DNA of 63,775 nucleotides, counting the filler, from Polymyxa betae A26-41 (Eukaryota > Protista > Endomyxa: Phytomyxea): assembly GCA_003693705.1 (NCBI GenBank). It is 5 parts of 5 records of this genome, joined end to end, with 100 filler letters (N's around TTAATTAATTAA, not from the genome) between each part and the next. Parts side by side here need not be neighbours in the genome. Positions count along the whole stretch, not along the records: positions 1 to 11,628 come from RBZT01000829.1; positions 11,729 to 18,429 come from RBZT01000017.1; 3 more parts are not named here. One strand, written 5' to 3'. Position 1 is the first letter of the stretch. The number at the start of each line of letters is the position of its first letter. Positions 1 to 12,109 of this stretch are shown in pieces. The translations under genes and the position numbers were made by a program. Under the pieces are notes generated by a model. It was not told the DNA's origin. It worked only from the letters and a program-made list of their open reading frames with translations, and did no database searches.

Positions 1-87
1 GGATGCTTTTTCCATTTCAGCCCAATGGTTTTGTAATGCCCCTATTTTGTAAAGACCCAGAATACTTCTTGAGGAGGCTTAGTTTTT

Positions 88-283
88 GAAGGAGGGGAGT
101 GTGTCAATATTAAGCGCACTATATTGACTAAGCTCCGATGAATCGGAAAGCTCACTATATTGAATAAGCTCCGATGAACCGGAAACTCTCCGAGGTCCGA
201 GCTATCCTCCGACTCTGGCAGTATTTAAGGGCTTGTAATCTATCTAATATATTCATTCTGCATTCATCATTGCAATCTTAACA
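88..283 (+). mobile_element. Polypurine tract plus 3' LTR of an LTR retrotransposon inserted into the integrase of the neighbouring Gypsy element
   Basis: GAAGGAGGGGAG (88-99) directly precedes TGTCAA...TTAACA (102-283). The LTR has an internal ~36-bp tandem duplication (117-188). The minus-strand integrase ORF ends abruptly at its edge. Confidence 0.65.
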
Positions 284-291
284 TCGAGATC

Positions 292-3200
292 TCAAGTAGC
301 GCTATACACATCGGTAGTTGGTTCAGAGCACGGCGTTAATCTTACATATCCAGTAAAGTCATCCAACATCACTAAAATCCATTTAAAGTCATGCCGAGCA
401 TCTTTTGCAACCTCTTCCATATATACAAAATCATAGTGTAAACATTCGTTCGCCTTTTCACCATGATATTGTTCGCCGAGAGGGCGTGGAATTCTCCTAC
501 CACCTCTACATGGGAGACTGTGTAGACTGTTGCTTGCAATGTTTGTCACATCTTTTATCATTAACTTCCAAACGAAAACAGATTGTAACAAATTCAAGCT
601 CTCCGTTATTCCAACGTGTCCACTATCTCCACCAGCATGGGCGATGATCGCTAACCTCAGACGTAGATATTCATCATGGTCATGAATGATTATCCGCTCT
701 TTCCAGTTAATATATAAACCATCGTTGCTTTTCCGACCAGAGGATGTTTGATGTTGATCTTGTGATGATGCAATCGCTTCTACATTCGGCCATTCAAAGT
801 CAGCAACGCTGAAGCGGCGTGATATGTAAAGTTGAAGGTATCTTCGATTCCACAGTGACTTTTCTAATCATTCGATTTATTACTGGGGCGCCCCATCGGG
901 TCATCAAATCAGCCCAAGTATTATCTTCACCGCGAATGTGCTCAATTCTATCGTTGAAGCTCAAAATATCCATACCCCATCGAGTAAGTTTCGCAGAGGT
1001 GTGCTTCGCCATATTCTTATCAGGATTGAACATTGAGACTAAATTTTTGTGGTCGGTATACAGACGACATGGCTCTCTATTCTCTCCCAAAACTGGTAGC
1101 AGGTAATATAGTTTTCCCATGCAAGACTTGGCAGCAAAAGCCTCCCATTCGGGCACAGTCCAATTTTGTTGTGTTCTATCCCATTTATGATAACTAAAAC
1201 CCAACGGCTCATGGTTTTGCTCCGACAATTGTACGGGGCAAGGATACAGGTATCGGAGATGTCTTAGACTAAGGTTGAACTTGTGATGTGTATTATGGGA
1301 AGAGGTAGTCGGAATGACGTATGTGCGGCGTCAGCCGCCCCTTTTATACCACCGTGGAAGGTTCCAGGGTGGCTACTGCACTTGGCGGGGTTTCCATGCC
1401 AGCATATCTTGCGCGCGACTGCTTCAAGAATGTTCCACATGTCTCACCTGGCCATATCAGATCCAATGAGTTGATAGTATCTAAACTGCGCAGGTCGCGC
1501 CGGGTTGGTCTTGACGTGGCCTCTTGGCTGCTGTCATGGGCGCAGCCCGTGACAACGATGGCTTTCCCAGATCACACTTCGGTATCAGTGTTACCAAACC
1601 AGCACAATGATCTTTATTACCATCTGTGAAAATGCATTGAATATAGTCCGATTTTGGATATGCAAGCTGAACCGAATTAGCAATCGCTTCTTTCAGTTTT
1701 TTAAACGCATTATCATGTTCCGGACCCCAGCCGTGTTTGCTGAGTGTTATGCTTCTAGCAATCGATTTACTTCTTTTCGGTTGATTCCTCATTGCATTTT
1801 CAAAAACATCCTGCAATTTTCCCACTAAACAGTGGAATTCTGGAATGTGTCTTTGCATCCACTGTACACTACATAGAATTTGCTGTAAATCACTAGCCTT
1901 CTTTGGTGTACCGATCTGCATTAACGCCTTAATGCGATCAGCGTCGTGCTTGACGCCCGTAGATGTGAAGATTTTACCAGCAAATTTCACTTCCGAAAGA
2001 AATAGCTCGCATCTATCGATGTTTAGCTTTAACCCAGACTTTTCAGCTAATTCTAGTACTTTTCGTAGAGCTTCAAACCACTCATTTAGCGTGCGGGTGT
2101 AACCCAAAAAATCGTCAGCCCCTATAATCAATGATTTATACATTATTTCAGCGAATATTTATGACATTCGTGCTTGAAATTGGACAGTGGAGTTTAGATG
2201 GCCCTGAATGCTTCTAGTAGGAGTGTAAACACCTCTGTCAGTCGCAAAGCTCATCATCCCCTGAGAGTCTGGATGTAGCGGCATTATCCAGAAACCTTTG
2301 AAGGCATCCAATGCGAACCAATACTGCTTATCAGCAAGATATTGAACGATGGCTTCAAGGTGTGGCATCGGCCACATCGTGGAATGACATTGCTTGTTGA
2401 CTTCTCGTAAATCAACACACATTCGATAACCACGGTTTCCCGGTTTCTGTACCACCACAGCTGGTGAAGCCCATTTGCTATTCCTATTCTCATAAACCAA
2501 TCCATATTCCAAGAGTTTACTAACAAACTCATCCAGAAATTCACTCTGCTGTCTTCCATACTTTCGATTTGGACATTTAATGTGTTTGGCGTTATTAAAC
2601 AACTCAGATTTCAAGGGTGTGACTGAGGCAGGAGGATCGTTGGATAATTTCAATCGAAATACATTCCTATATTCCATGATGAGCTCCCTTAGCCTGTTTT
2701 GCCATTCGATTGGCAGTCCTTTTTCGACTGCTTTATTAATCAACCGATTTATAGCCAATTGGAATTCTTCATCGGTATCAATTTCGATATCTGGAGAATC
2801 AGATTCCATTTCCGATGTTCCCAGCTCCTTAGCGTGATCAGCGCCGTACTCATTGGTTCGATCTCCATTTTCAAGTGGCTTCTCACATTCCATCGAATCA
2901 ACTAACATCTCTAGAGCTTGCTCAGGTGTGATGCCAATTTCTAACAATAGGTTTCTTCCTATTATGATATCCTGGTTGGGGACGTCCCAGACGTAACATT
3001 TACGATTTCGTAACGTTATCTCGCCTGCCCTACTCATCAGTACAAGGTTTAGACTCATCGTCTCATGCAATTCGCACGACGTTTTACCATCAGCAAGAGT
3101 CGCGATCTCTGGCTGTGGTAGTTTCTGAATCTTGAAATTTTCATGATCCAGTTTCTCTGCCTCAAGTGCCATTGATTTCGGGATTATGGTCACATCCGAG

Positions 3201-4342
3201 CCATTATCCAATAATGCTGGGCAAGAGAATGACACTAGAAATTTTCACTTGAATCTCCCTAACGAAGTCTGAATTGTCAGATTCTGCCCCAATTTTCCTG
3301 ATCTTAATCAAGAGTCCAGTGTATTTGGAACCAGTTGGTTTATCGGTTTTTACGTCCGCAACTTTAGCCTGCTTGTGTTGCTCTAATAGCTGTCGCTGAC
3401 GTTCAGTGCTGGGCTTCTTAGGGCATCCCGCCATTTTGTGGTCTTCAGAACCACATTCTAGACATTTGACTTTCGTTTTTGGAGTGGCTATAGGCTTTTT
3501 ACTCTGCTTCGGTTTTTTGCTCTTCGGCTCGTTACCATCAGCTTTGTATTTCCCAGCACTGCTCTTGCGTTTCTTGACTCCATCACGTGCGGCAATAATC
3601 TCTTCAGCCTTGCGAACTTTGTGAGCACAAATTGCTTCCGCGCTGGCTATCTCGAAGAATCGGATTTCGTCACGATTAAGCTTCGAGTCCTTTTCAAGAG
3701 AATCTTTTATTAGCTGATGCAGTGTAGGTTCATTACGCATAGCTTCGACCAAGTATTGGATTTTCAGTTTGCGGCCATCCTTTCCATCGAAAGCTGAGGC
3801 CCACCCTTTATTAACTACGGTTTCATTGAAGGTAGTAAACAGACGAAGGATACGATCCTCAGGATCATTCCTGCCGCCCAATTTCACTATCAGAGCCAAC
3901 GTACGCTTCAGAATGGTACTCATGGACCCAGGATCGGGCTCCGTTTTCCCAACTTTGTTGCGCATCCAGCTCAACAGCTGCTCCGAGTCTACTTCATCTT
4001 TGCGCTTCTTTAACAACAAGTCACAAATTGAAGTAAGGGTGTTCGGATGAATAGCCGATTTAATTGAACGCGGCTTTATTTTCGGGTCAATCGATCCGTC
4101 TGCAATCCCATCATCATGAATTACCACTCATATTCGTCGAGAAAAGAGACAATCGCCTCCTTGGCGAAACTCATCAGTTCCGGACAAGGGTTTCCTGCAA
4201 CGTTTGAACTGCGATAACTACCAGTTCGACCATCCGTAGACATCGTCTCAGAAGTTACCGGTTTGGGGGCCTTCCCCGATTTGGAGGAGTCCCGATCGGC
4301 ATCCGCCGACAGCTGTTGCTCCTGTCGTTCGTCGTCCGACAT
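292..4342 (-). mobile_element. Degenerate Ty3/Gypsy retrotransposon (gag-PR-RT-RNase H-integrase) with frameshifts and a solo-LTR insertion
   Basis: Gag zinc knuckle CLECGSEDHKMAGC (3204-4127); protease LLDNGS and RT motifs SKWASPAVVVQK, YRMCVDLR, LDAFKGFW (2159-3235); ADD motif and RNase H start CIFTDG (1481-2143); RNase H YTDHKNL, HIRGEDNTWADLMTRW (800-1228); integrase LHYDFV, LVMLDDFTGY (292-597). Confidence 0.95.
1230..1554 (-). mobile_element. Solo LTR (325 bp) inserted in the Gypsy RNase H domain
   Basis: TGTACGGG...CCCGTGACA termini with 5-bp TSD ACAAT/ACGAT. Removing it restores LGKPLSEQNHEPLGF in frame. GGTATAAAAG TATA-like motif on the minus strand. Confidence 0.85.
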
Positions 4343-4689
4343 TGTAGCTGCTCTCTCCCGCAGGTACAGTAAAGCGCTTTGTGCCGATCTGAGGTACGAG
4401 ACAGTCGATCACAGATGGAGACAATAAAATAGAATGAGTCTGTATTAATTGCGTGCGGTAGAAAGTAGCGGAGGTGGGCTGCGCTAACCAGATCACCACA
4501 GGTGTCCAGAGTGTTGTGGTCGAATGCCCTGCCGTTTTTGCACTCGCTCTGTTGACGGATCTTCTGATAAACGTCCTCGGCCTCATCAACTTCAGTTTCA
4601 GCTTCGACGACTGCAGTCCTCCTGTCGATGCTGGCCTCGTCCTTTTCGGCATTTTCGAGCAAATCGGCGAATCTGGATAATGGAAACAG

Positions 4690-4905
4690 AAGATAAAGCC
4701 AAGGGTAATTTTTGACCAAACCGTTAAAAGAATAATTGCAATGCAAACGTGTGTAGAGTTTAACAGCACCCCAAAACATTGCAATGAAATCAAATTCGCA
4801 ATAATAGCAGCAGCGACGCCGCCCTCAAAGACCACAGAAGCCCTGATGGTTCTTGCCACGTTCATTAGAGCCAGGTGAGCGAAACGCTTTCGTTTTCGTG
4901 GCATG
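4690..4905 (-). pseudogene. Fragment of a Tc1/IS630-like DDE transposase (C-terminal motif)
   Basis: [29 protein letters not shown] resembles the FHCELNxIExxWGxxKxYxRxxCDYSF motif; most of the catalytic domain is missing. Confidence 0.5.
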
Positions 4906-6906
4906 CCAAACGATTGAAGTAAGCAGCACCGCACGTGGATGATTTGTACCATGTCCAAAATGAAATGCGCTGTCAACGGACTTTTCTGACTGCGCATATT
5001 TCTGCCCTTCACCGGCGCACTTTATTTTTTCGGTGAAAAACCTAAAATGTGCGCCTATTGGTGCAATCCGACGGTCTCCTTACAACTAAATATCATTAAA
5101 GCTGCGCGATAATTTCGAAATTTTGAAAACCGGGCCGTTCTTTTGTTCCTCTCGACGAGATCTATTCGAAAACGGCCTTTGATATTGACAGAAAGGTTAC
5201 CCGGGCAAGCCTTGTTTAATCAAGTTACTCCCTTAGTAATCTATGACAGTTAAGATGTCCGCGACGGTACTTCTGTGAAATCAAAGTATATTGTCCGGTA
5301 AAAATGCCAAATTTCTAATAGTGCGTACGCACATTATTTGAAATCGAATTGAAACAATGTAGAATTAAGATGAGTCGCACTGTACGAATTTATCTCTGTC
5401 TGTTAGTCTCGTGCGTTTTTTGCCGATGTGGAATCGAATGCGGAATTGGATCAACCGGCCGCAAGATGGTTCCATGGTTGAAAGTTTCCCCTTTCTCCCC
5501 CAATCAGACCCCAGCTGTCAGCCGGGCACAATCTCCTTCCCCTGATGACCAGTCTACTCTTACTTTGTCCTCCTTAGTGTCCCAGATATCGCGAAACTGT
5601 CCGCACTGGATACATTGTAATACACCGGATGGTGATGGTGATGGTGCTATGAGTATTGTCACTTGATGATTGGGAGGCCTCTAAATACAATAACAGCAGT
5701 TGCTATAGTAACAAACTCTAGTGTCTTAACACAACAATCTGCTCTTTCTGGATCGTATTCTTCTTTCTAAAGTTGCATGAAGCCTTCAAAGCATACGCAA
5801 ACTCTCATATGTTAGGTTTTCTGGTAATCATGAAAATTTTGCCAAAGATGAGTTTGCCAAGGAATATGGAGACACAGTAGTCAGTATTAAAAAAACACAA
5901 AGATGAGAATACTTTTATTGTAGCAGTTGTGGTATTCCTGAGAGTTCAAACAAGGTTTGCGTTGCTAAGAGCGCTGTCGAAGCTCTCGGAGACCACCCTT
6001 CACTGTGACGGATAAAACAACAGAATCGTCGCAAGAAGGGGCAAAAGGGAACGAGATAGTAGAGGAGCGAAAGGGGTAGATCTAGATGACACAGAGCGAT
6101 CTGTGACTGAAGGGAGGCTGCGTTTCCGTTGACAGAAGCGCAGCCTCTTTCCGTCGACGTCGACTGAAAAAAAGTTTACCGCTCTCTCTACTCTCTATTC
6201 TCTCGTTCTCTCTCTCTCTCGCTCCTGTCTTCTATTTGATGAACAGTTCTTCCGTTTTTTGCCCTTTTTTTCCTTTGCTTTTTGAATCGTGGTATTATAA
6301 CGCCTCTATCCAGTTTTCGGTATCCATTTTGTCGGGACTCGGAGAGGATTTCAAATTGATACAGTTGGATCCTCATGATACGACAGACTTACATCCAAGA
6401 TTTCCAAACGGTCTCTGAGATGTTGATCAGGCTAGCCTTAACCATGTTAACATAGTTATTCGTGGGCTAATCGCATTACGAGATCTTTAGCAATGGCAGA
6501 TGATTCGGGCACTTTTTTATCCATATTCAGGGTGTTGTGACTAGAATAATGTTGTGTATGAAAAGTCATCCCACTTTTCCCTCCCGAAAAAAATACTCCA
6601 TTTTACCTTCCCCAAACATGAATACAATCCATATTGTCATTTCAAAAACTATCTCCAAACTATTAGATGATCCATTACTGTATGATTTTAAAATATAACA
6701 GTTTTTTATATAAAATCAATAAAAACTCTTCGTTGGATTAAACTCCAGGATCAATCGCAGTCTTCTGTCATCCCGGGTCACCATTGTCGAAAGAGAATCA
6801 GAAAAATGATTCCAGACTCACGGACTTCTTCCGCTGCCGCCAAATGTCACGGTCCGTACGCAAATCTTCTGACCCGCCGATCTATTTCGAAGTCGAACCT
6901 CCAGAG

Positions 6907-9579
6907 ATGACCATGAAGGCTTTGGTCGTCGTCGTCTTTGCCATCGCGATGGCACGTTCCTCTGCCCAATCTCTATTCGACGAAGTGCCTGACTATTCCT
7001 ACTCTAGTTCGGTCTCTTCCTTTGATGGCGAAGATCATCTGGAGTTTCTCGAATCCGACGACGGCGACCATCTTGACTTTCTCGGGCCCGACGAAGACAC
7101 TCTTGAAGAGATCAATCCAGTCGAAAGATTTGATGACATTATCAGGTCCGACGAAGAGCCTGATTTCTCCTACTCTAGTTCGGTCTCTTCCTTTGATGGC
7201 GAAGATCGTTTGGCCCTTCTCAAAGCCGACGAAGGCGAATGTCTTCACTTTCTTGTCCCCGAGGAAGACACTCCTGAAGAAACAATTAGATGAAATCTCA
7301 GGTCCGAACGTACTGTACCCAACCACGAACTTTCATTCTAAACTTGGAGCATAGATCCAATATTAGGCACAAATCACGCATCAACCTGCAACCAGATGAG
7401 CTCCTTCTGCTTGACGAAGTGATTCGGCTTTACTCGGAACCGCTTCTACCATCAGAACCGCTCCCATCATCATCATCTCTCTCGGTCTTCTCTCGTCCCT
7501 GGAAATGGCTAAAAATCATGATCGATTCGAAACTTAAAACGGACTCAACGGACCTGATCAAGAAATTGCTGTTACCGTCCAGCTCTCTCCATGAAGCTCA
7601 GTTTGGCGCGATCTTGCTGGCGCTGCATCCTCCTGCTTCATTCGAGCTCGTTTCGCTCTTACTTACACGGACTCTGCCTGAAACTCGTTGCCTGTTCGAA
7701 CTGTATTACGACTCCATTATGCGCCAGATGAAGTCCGCCCATATCGACAAACTTATCGAAACGGTGTTCACGGATTTTGTTCAGCCATCCGATTTCGAAC
7801 GTCATACACTGCTTCGGACTGTGTGGGATCTTCTCAACAAACTTAGTTCGGAATCCGTCCGTCGCAAGATGGCTGTTACGAACTCCTGTCTGTTATCTCC
7901 ATTCTTGTGGACGGAATGTTTCCAATATGAAATTTCTCGTCACAAATCGATCGAATCGATTCGCGAACTTCTATCACCTAACTGCGATCAAGATGCTTTT
8001 ATCCGAGAGGCGATTGTTCGGAGTCTTGTCCATTTTTGCGAAAACGAAGAATGGCAAGTTTCGGATTTCGTGTGTCTGTGGATTGGGTTGTCACTCGAGT
8101 TTCTCCAAAAGTAATTCGATCCGTTTCTTGTTGAAATTTCACTCTGATTGTTTTCAAGCCCGATTGAAGAGCTGCCATTTGGACAAGAATTTGTCCAACG
8201 AATCAGAAATTCTTGTGGACTCAGTGACCGTGATATAGCGCTCCATATTGACAATGCTAGTGGAGTATTAATGGAGGTTGTTCATCATACAAAGTAATGT
8301 CGCCTATCTATTTTCGTTCTTGATTTTCTGATTGTCTCTCAGCAAAGTCAAAAAGCTCTATCATGAGGCAAAATTATCTACAAATGGGACGAGAGACCCA
8401 ATGTCAGTGAATCCTGCCATCTTTTTTCTCATACTTTTCTATTTTTGCATTTTCAGTGTTTAAAATTACAAAATCATAATTTTTGTTGAATCCTCAGCAC
8501 AAACTTTATAACCAACAAAATAATTATTTTTGTATTTGTAACTTTACTGTCCGTAAAATATGTTTAGTTTTTAAAAACAATGTTGCAATATTCCGGGTCG
8601 TTTTAGTCGTGATGAAACGTTTCGAGATTGATTTGTGTATTCAATATTGTTATAGTCCTAAAAAATTGGACATTGGCACTGCTGGTGACCCCAAGTTATT
8701 GAAACGTCTCGGAGATAATGAGATGTACCCCTATAATTACCAGATCGAGACACGTGAGTATGATCCTGAATGGGAATGGGGTGAGGATTGCGCTGCTATG
8801 GAAAAGCGTCGTCGAGAAGAAACTTTCGAATTTTTTGATATGGCCGAGTGTCTGTCTGTAAGGTCAGCTAAAAGCTTTTTCCTTTTAAGAAAATTTAACA
8901 ATTTTTTCTAAATCTGATTGCTTCAGCATTGGTCCATTCGAGGCGTACGGCTATCAATTACCTGAACCGTATTTTGTTAAGGCAGCATCCGTGATTCATT
9001 TGTTAGAGGTAACCTCTCAGCCCTCTATCTACAACGATTATTCGGAGGATGTTGTTCATTCTATGTTCAATGTGGCCCTCGCTGCTTGTTGGATTCTTCC
9101 GACAACTGTTACTGTCGAGATATTCCCAATTGCTCTTAAGCATCCACTGCTGGAAAAGTCGTCCTTTGCTGAGAGAATTATTCTGCAGTCGGTTTATCGC
9201 TTAAAGTCGTCCATGCCTCTATCATTGAAGGCTCTGAGGAAGAAGTTTGGAATGTTTCCTTCTCATTGGCAGAGCGAACAAGAGGATGATCGTGACGGGT
9301 TTCTGATGCAACGTATGCTGGAACTTTTACCACGAGATATGCGAATGCGGGTTAGTCAGGAATTCCTTGCTTATCGGACAAAGGCGTCCAGCAACGAAGA
9401 TGAAGGGACGGCTTGGGTTATTATCTCCCAATATTCAACAGAGAGCTCTAATTGAAACAATGCAGACAATCTTTCATCTTTCTGATTATCTCACATCAGC
9501 TTCTATGGTAACATTTGAACAACCCAAAGTCACTGAGGATCGCCTTGAAATCTTAGAATTCTTTGACAAATTTGTTTGA
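6907..9579 (+). pseudogene. Multi-exon secreted protein (signal peptide, 2x57-aa acidic repeat, helical body), frameshifted; homologue of the secreted RING gene at 57330-59910
   Basis: MKALVVVVFAIAMARSSAQ signal-like N-terminus; consecutive + strand ORFs 6784-7293, 7290-8114, 8483-8911, 8991-9455 and 9367-9579; motif matches to the contig-5 gene. Confidence 0.6.
6988..7280 (+). repeat. 171-bp (57-codon) tandem coding duplication
   Basis: PDYSYSSSVSSFDGEDHL...DEDTLEE (from 6988) and PDFSYSSSVSSFDGEDRL...EEDTPEE (from 7159). Confidence 0.9.
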
Positions 9580-10705
9580 TGTTCTGTTTTTTTTTTCATT
9601 ATTTTCCAAATTCTCTTTTTTGCAAAGTTTTGTTGTCTATAGTCTGGTTTTTTATAAACGACAAGTTTGCTGTTCTGAATGTGATTCGTCATCATCCAGA
9701 AATGAGTAGAGAATGATGAGGAACTTCCAGTAGAGCGTATCGCCGTCTTGGCTCTAGAAGTAGCGTCTTTGCACCGATCCGAAAAGTTCCTGTATCTCAC
9801 AGTATGGCTGTTAGGAACTTGAATTTCAGAGGTATCACAGCGTCATTATGTCTCAATGCTACACCAGATGCAGATTCGCATGTGAAAATTACGCTCTGGT
9901 CTCTCTTAGTCATCTATGACCATATCGGTTCAAAAAACTACAAAAACTCGTTATGTTTGAACCTACATTAAGGTCGTTTTAACCTCCAACCCAAACTCAA
10001 CATTCAAATCCAACAATTGTGCATGAAGTTTGTTGACTCCATCTTTCAAACAGCGTCTGTTTCACAAAATGGATCCGCAATGCTATGACCTTTATCAGTG
10101 ATGTAACTGAGGAGAACCGGGCCTGGAATTACGTACAACACATTCAGCTGGGAAACTCCAATCGATAGAACCAACAACTGAGATGAAACCTTCTCAGGTC
10201 GCAGCGTGGCCTCTCGACAAAGTGATTTCTCACTTTTTTTATTGAGGAAATCAGTCCACTGCTTTGATTTAAACGTCACTAGATGCTAGCAAGCAGGTTA
10301 GTAATGGATCTTGGCGTAAGAAAACCCTAGCCCGCAATCAGCCAGGCGCGGAGACGACGGCGGCTTCTGTCTGTTAGAATTTTATGTTTGATCTTTGTTT
10401 CATCAACTTCACAAAAACAAGTTGTTTTTTTTACAAAAATTTCAAAGTTTTATCTTGCCAGAGAAGCAAAGTCTGCGATCAATCGAATCGGATCGATCTT
10501 CGTGCCCGGAACAGAGCGTCCCGGCTCTATCGGATCCAAAAGCTACAAAACCGATTCTGGTGATAGAACTCAGTAACGGACACCGTACAGCATGGAACCA
10601 GCATTGTACGTATCCGTACCAGCCCGGACGCCGCCTTCGATCTATGATTAGCTGCTGCCGTGGCGCTGGGGTAGCGTCCGGCCGGAACCCGACCATCGTT
10701 TAGCG

Positions 10706-11276
10706 GGTCTGACCATCGTCTGCATCAGCAACACGCACGGCCAGCACCGCCGCCTGACGATGCCGCCCGGCGACATTCTCCTGCACGCCGGCGACTACTC
10801 GCGCTTCGGATCGCTGCCGGACGCCGTCGACTTCAATGCGTGGCTGGGCGAACTCGACTATCGCCGCAAGATCGTCGTCCAAGGCAACCACGAGCATAAT
10901 GCCGCCTGGAGCTCCCAGGCCGACGAAATCGTCAGCAACGCCCATCTGCTACGACACGAACCGCTCGAATTTCTTCTGGTCGTGTACGGCGCGGAATCCG
11001 TACTACGACCAGATCCCGTCCGGGACGGATATCGTCGTGGCGCATAACCCGGCCCGCGACCATGCCGATTTGGGCCGAGGCTGCCGCTCGTTTCTGGAGC
11101 GGATTCGCGCGATTCGGCCGCGGCTTGTGGTGGGCGGCCATATTCATGACGGGCGCGGCGTCCGATTCGGGGCGGGATCGTTGCGCGGCTCGGTTTTTGT
11201 CAATGCCGCCTGCGCTGCCGATCAACATGTTGTTACCAAGGACGCAGTCGTCCTACGTTTCTCGGACGATCGTTAG
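10706..11276 (+). pseudogene. Calcineurin-like metallophosphoesterase (MPPED1/2-like), frameshifted
   Basis: Motifs VCISNTH (D->N), LHAGDYS, GNHE, VAH, GGHIH; frame change near 10975; upstream in-frame stop. Confidence 0.85.
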
Positions 11277-11628
11277 GGCTAGGTTAGGGTTTTCTGAAAT
11301 CTGCCGCAAAATCGCCGTGGATTCGCTACGACATCTTTTTTTCCCATAATAAACGATTTCATGCATCGTATTGGGGAAACATAAAACGTTTAAATTGAAA
11401 CAAGTATTATGTTACTTAAAAATTCGCATCGACAATATCGTACTATGCTTAGGGTTAGGGTTTTTATTTTCTAAAGGGGTTACTGTACACCAACTAATGA
11501 TCCTCTGAAAACCCTCAAAGCCACGCTGATAGGGAAACCGACTCGATGGATAACAATAACCGATTTCAGAGACGATCTCAGCATAAGCGACCCGGACGGC
11601 ATCGAGCATCAGCTCCGAGCATGACGCC

Positions 11629-11728
11629 NNNNNNNNNNNNNNNNNNNNNNNNNNNNNNNNNNNNNNNNNNNNTTAATTAATTAANNNNNNNNNNNNNNNN
11701 NNNNNNNNNNNNNNNNNNNNNNNNNNNN
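11629..11728. other. Artificial contig linker
   Basis: N44-TTAATTAATTAA-N44 (stops in six frames). Confidence 0.98.
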
Positions 11729-12109
11729 AAAGAAAATGCCAAAAATCGGAACAGCAGGCACTGCCGAAAGAAATCGGAGAGTACTGTTTCCGAAGGATTC
11801 GCTTGGTTTTCTGTTGGAATCCGTGTATGAAGATTTCGTGCGCCTCAACCAAAACAATAACGTTGTTTTTCACATCAATACCAGCAGCTTAGGTAAAAAA
11901 ACTAGAAATCAGGTTTTCGCCCACCTTCAGAAGCGCTGCCAGGAAGATGCAGGTAAACCAACACAAAAAAGATAGACATTTGCTCACAAAATCCATGATG
12001 ACCTTTCCTGCATTTTTCAATAAAACTTGTATCGCAAAATATCTGGTACGCCATCTCAACCGATAGGACTTTGATACGTGATCATCGTTGACCTATCTTC
12101 ATCCTTAAT

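Noticed and set aside
11629-11728. TTAATTAATTAA inside N-runs as a biological motif (also at 18430, 28512 and 48553)
   Set aside because: Identical 100-nt artificial spacers; adjacency across them carries no biological meaning
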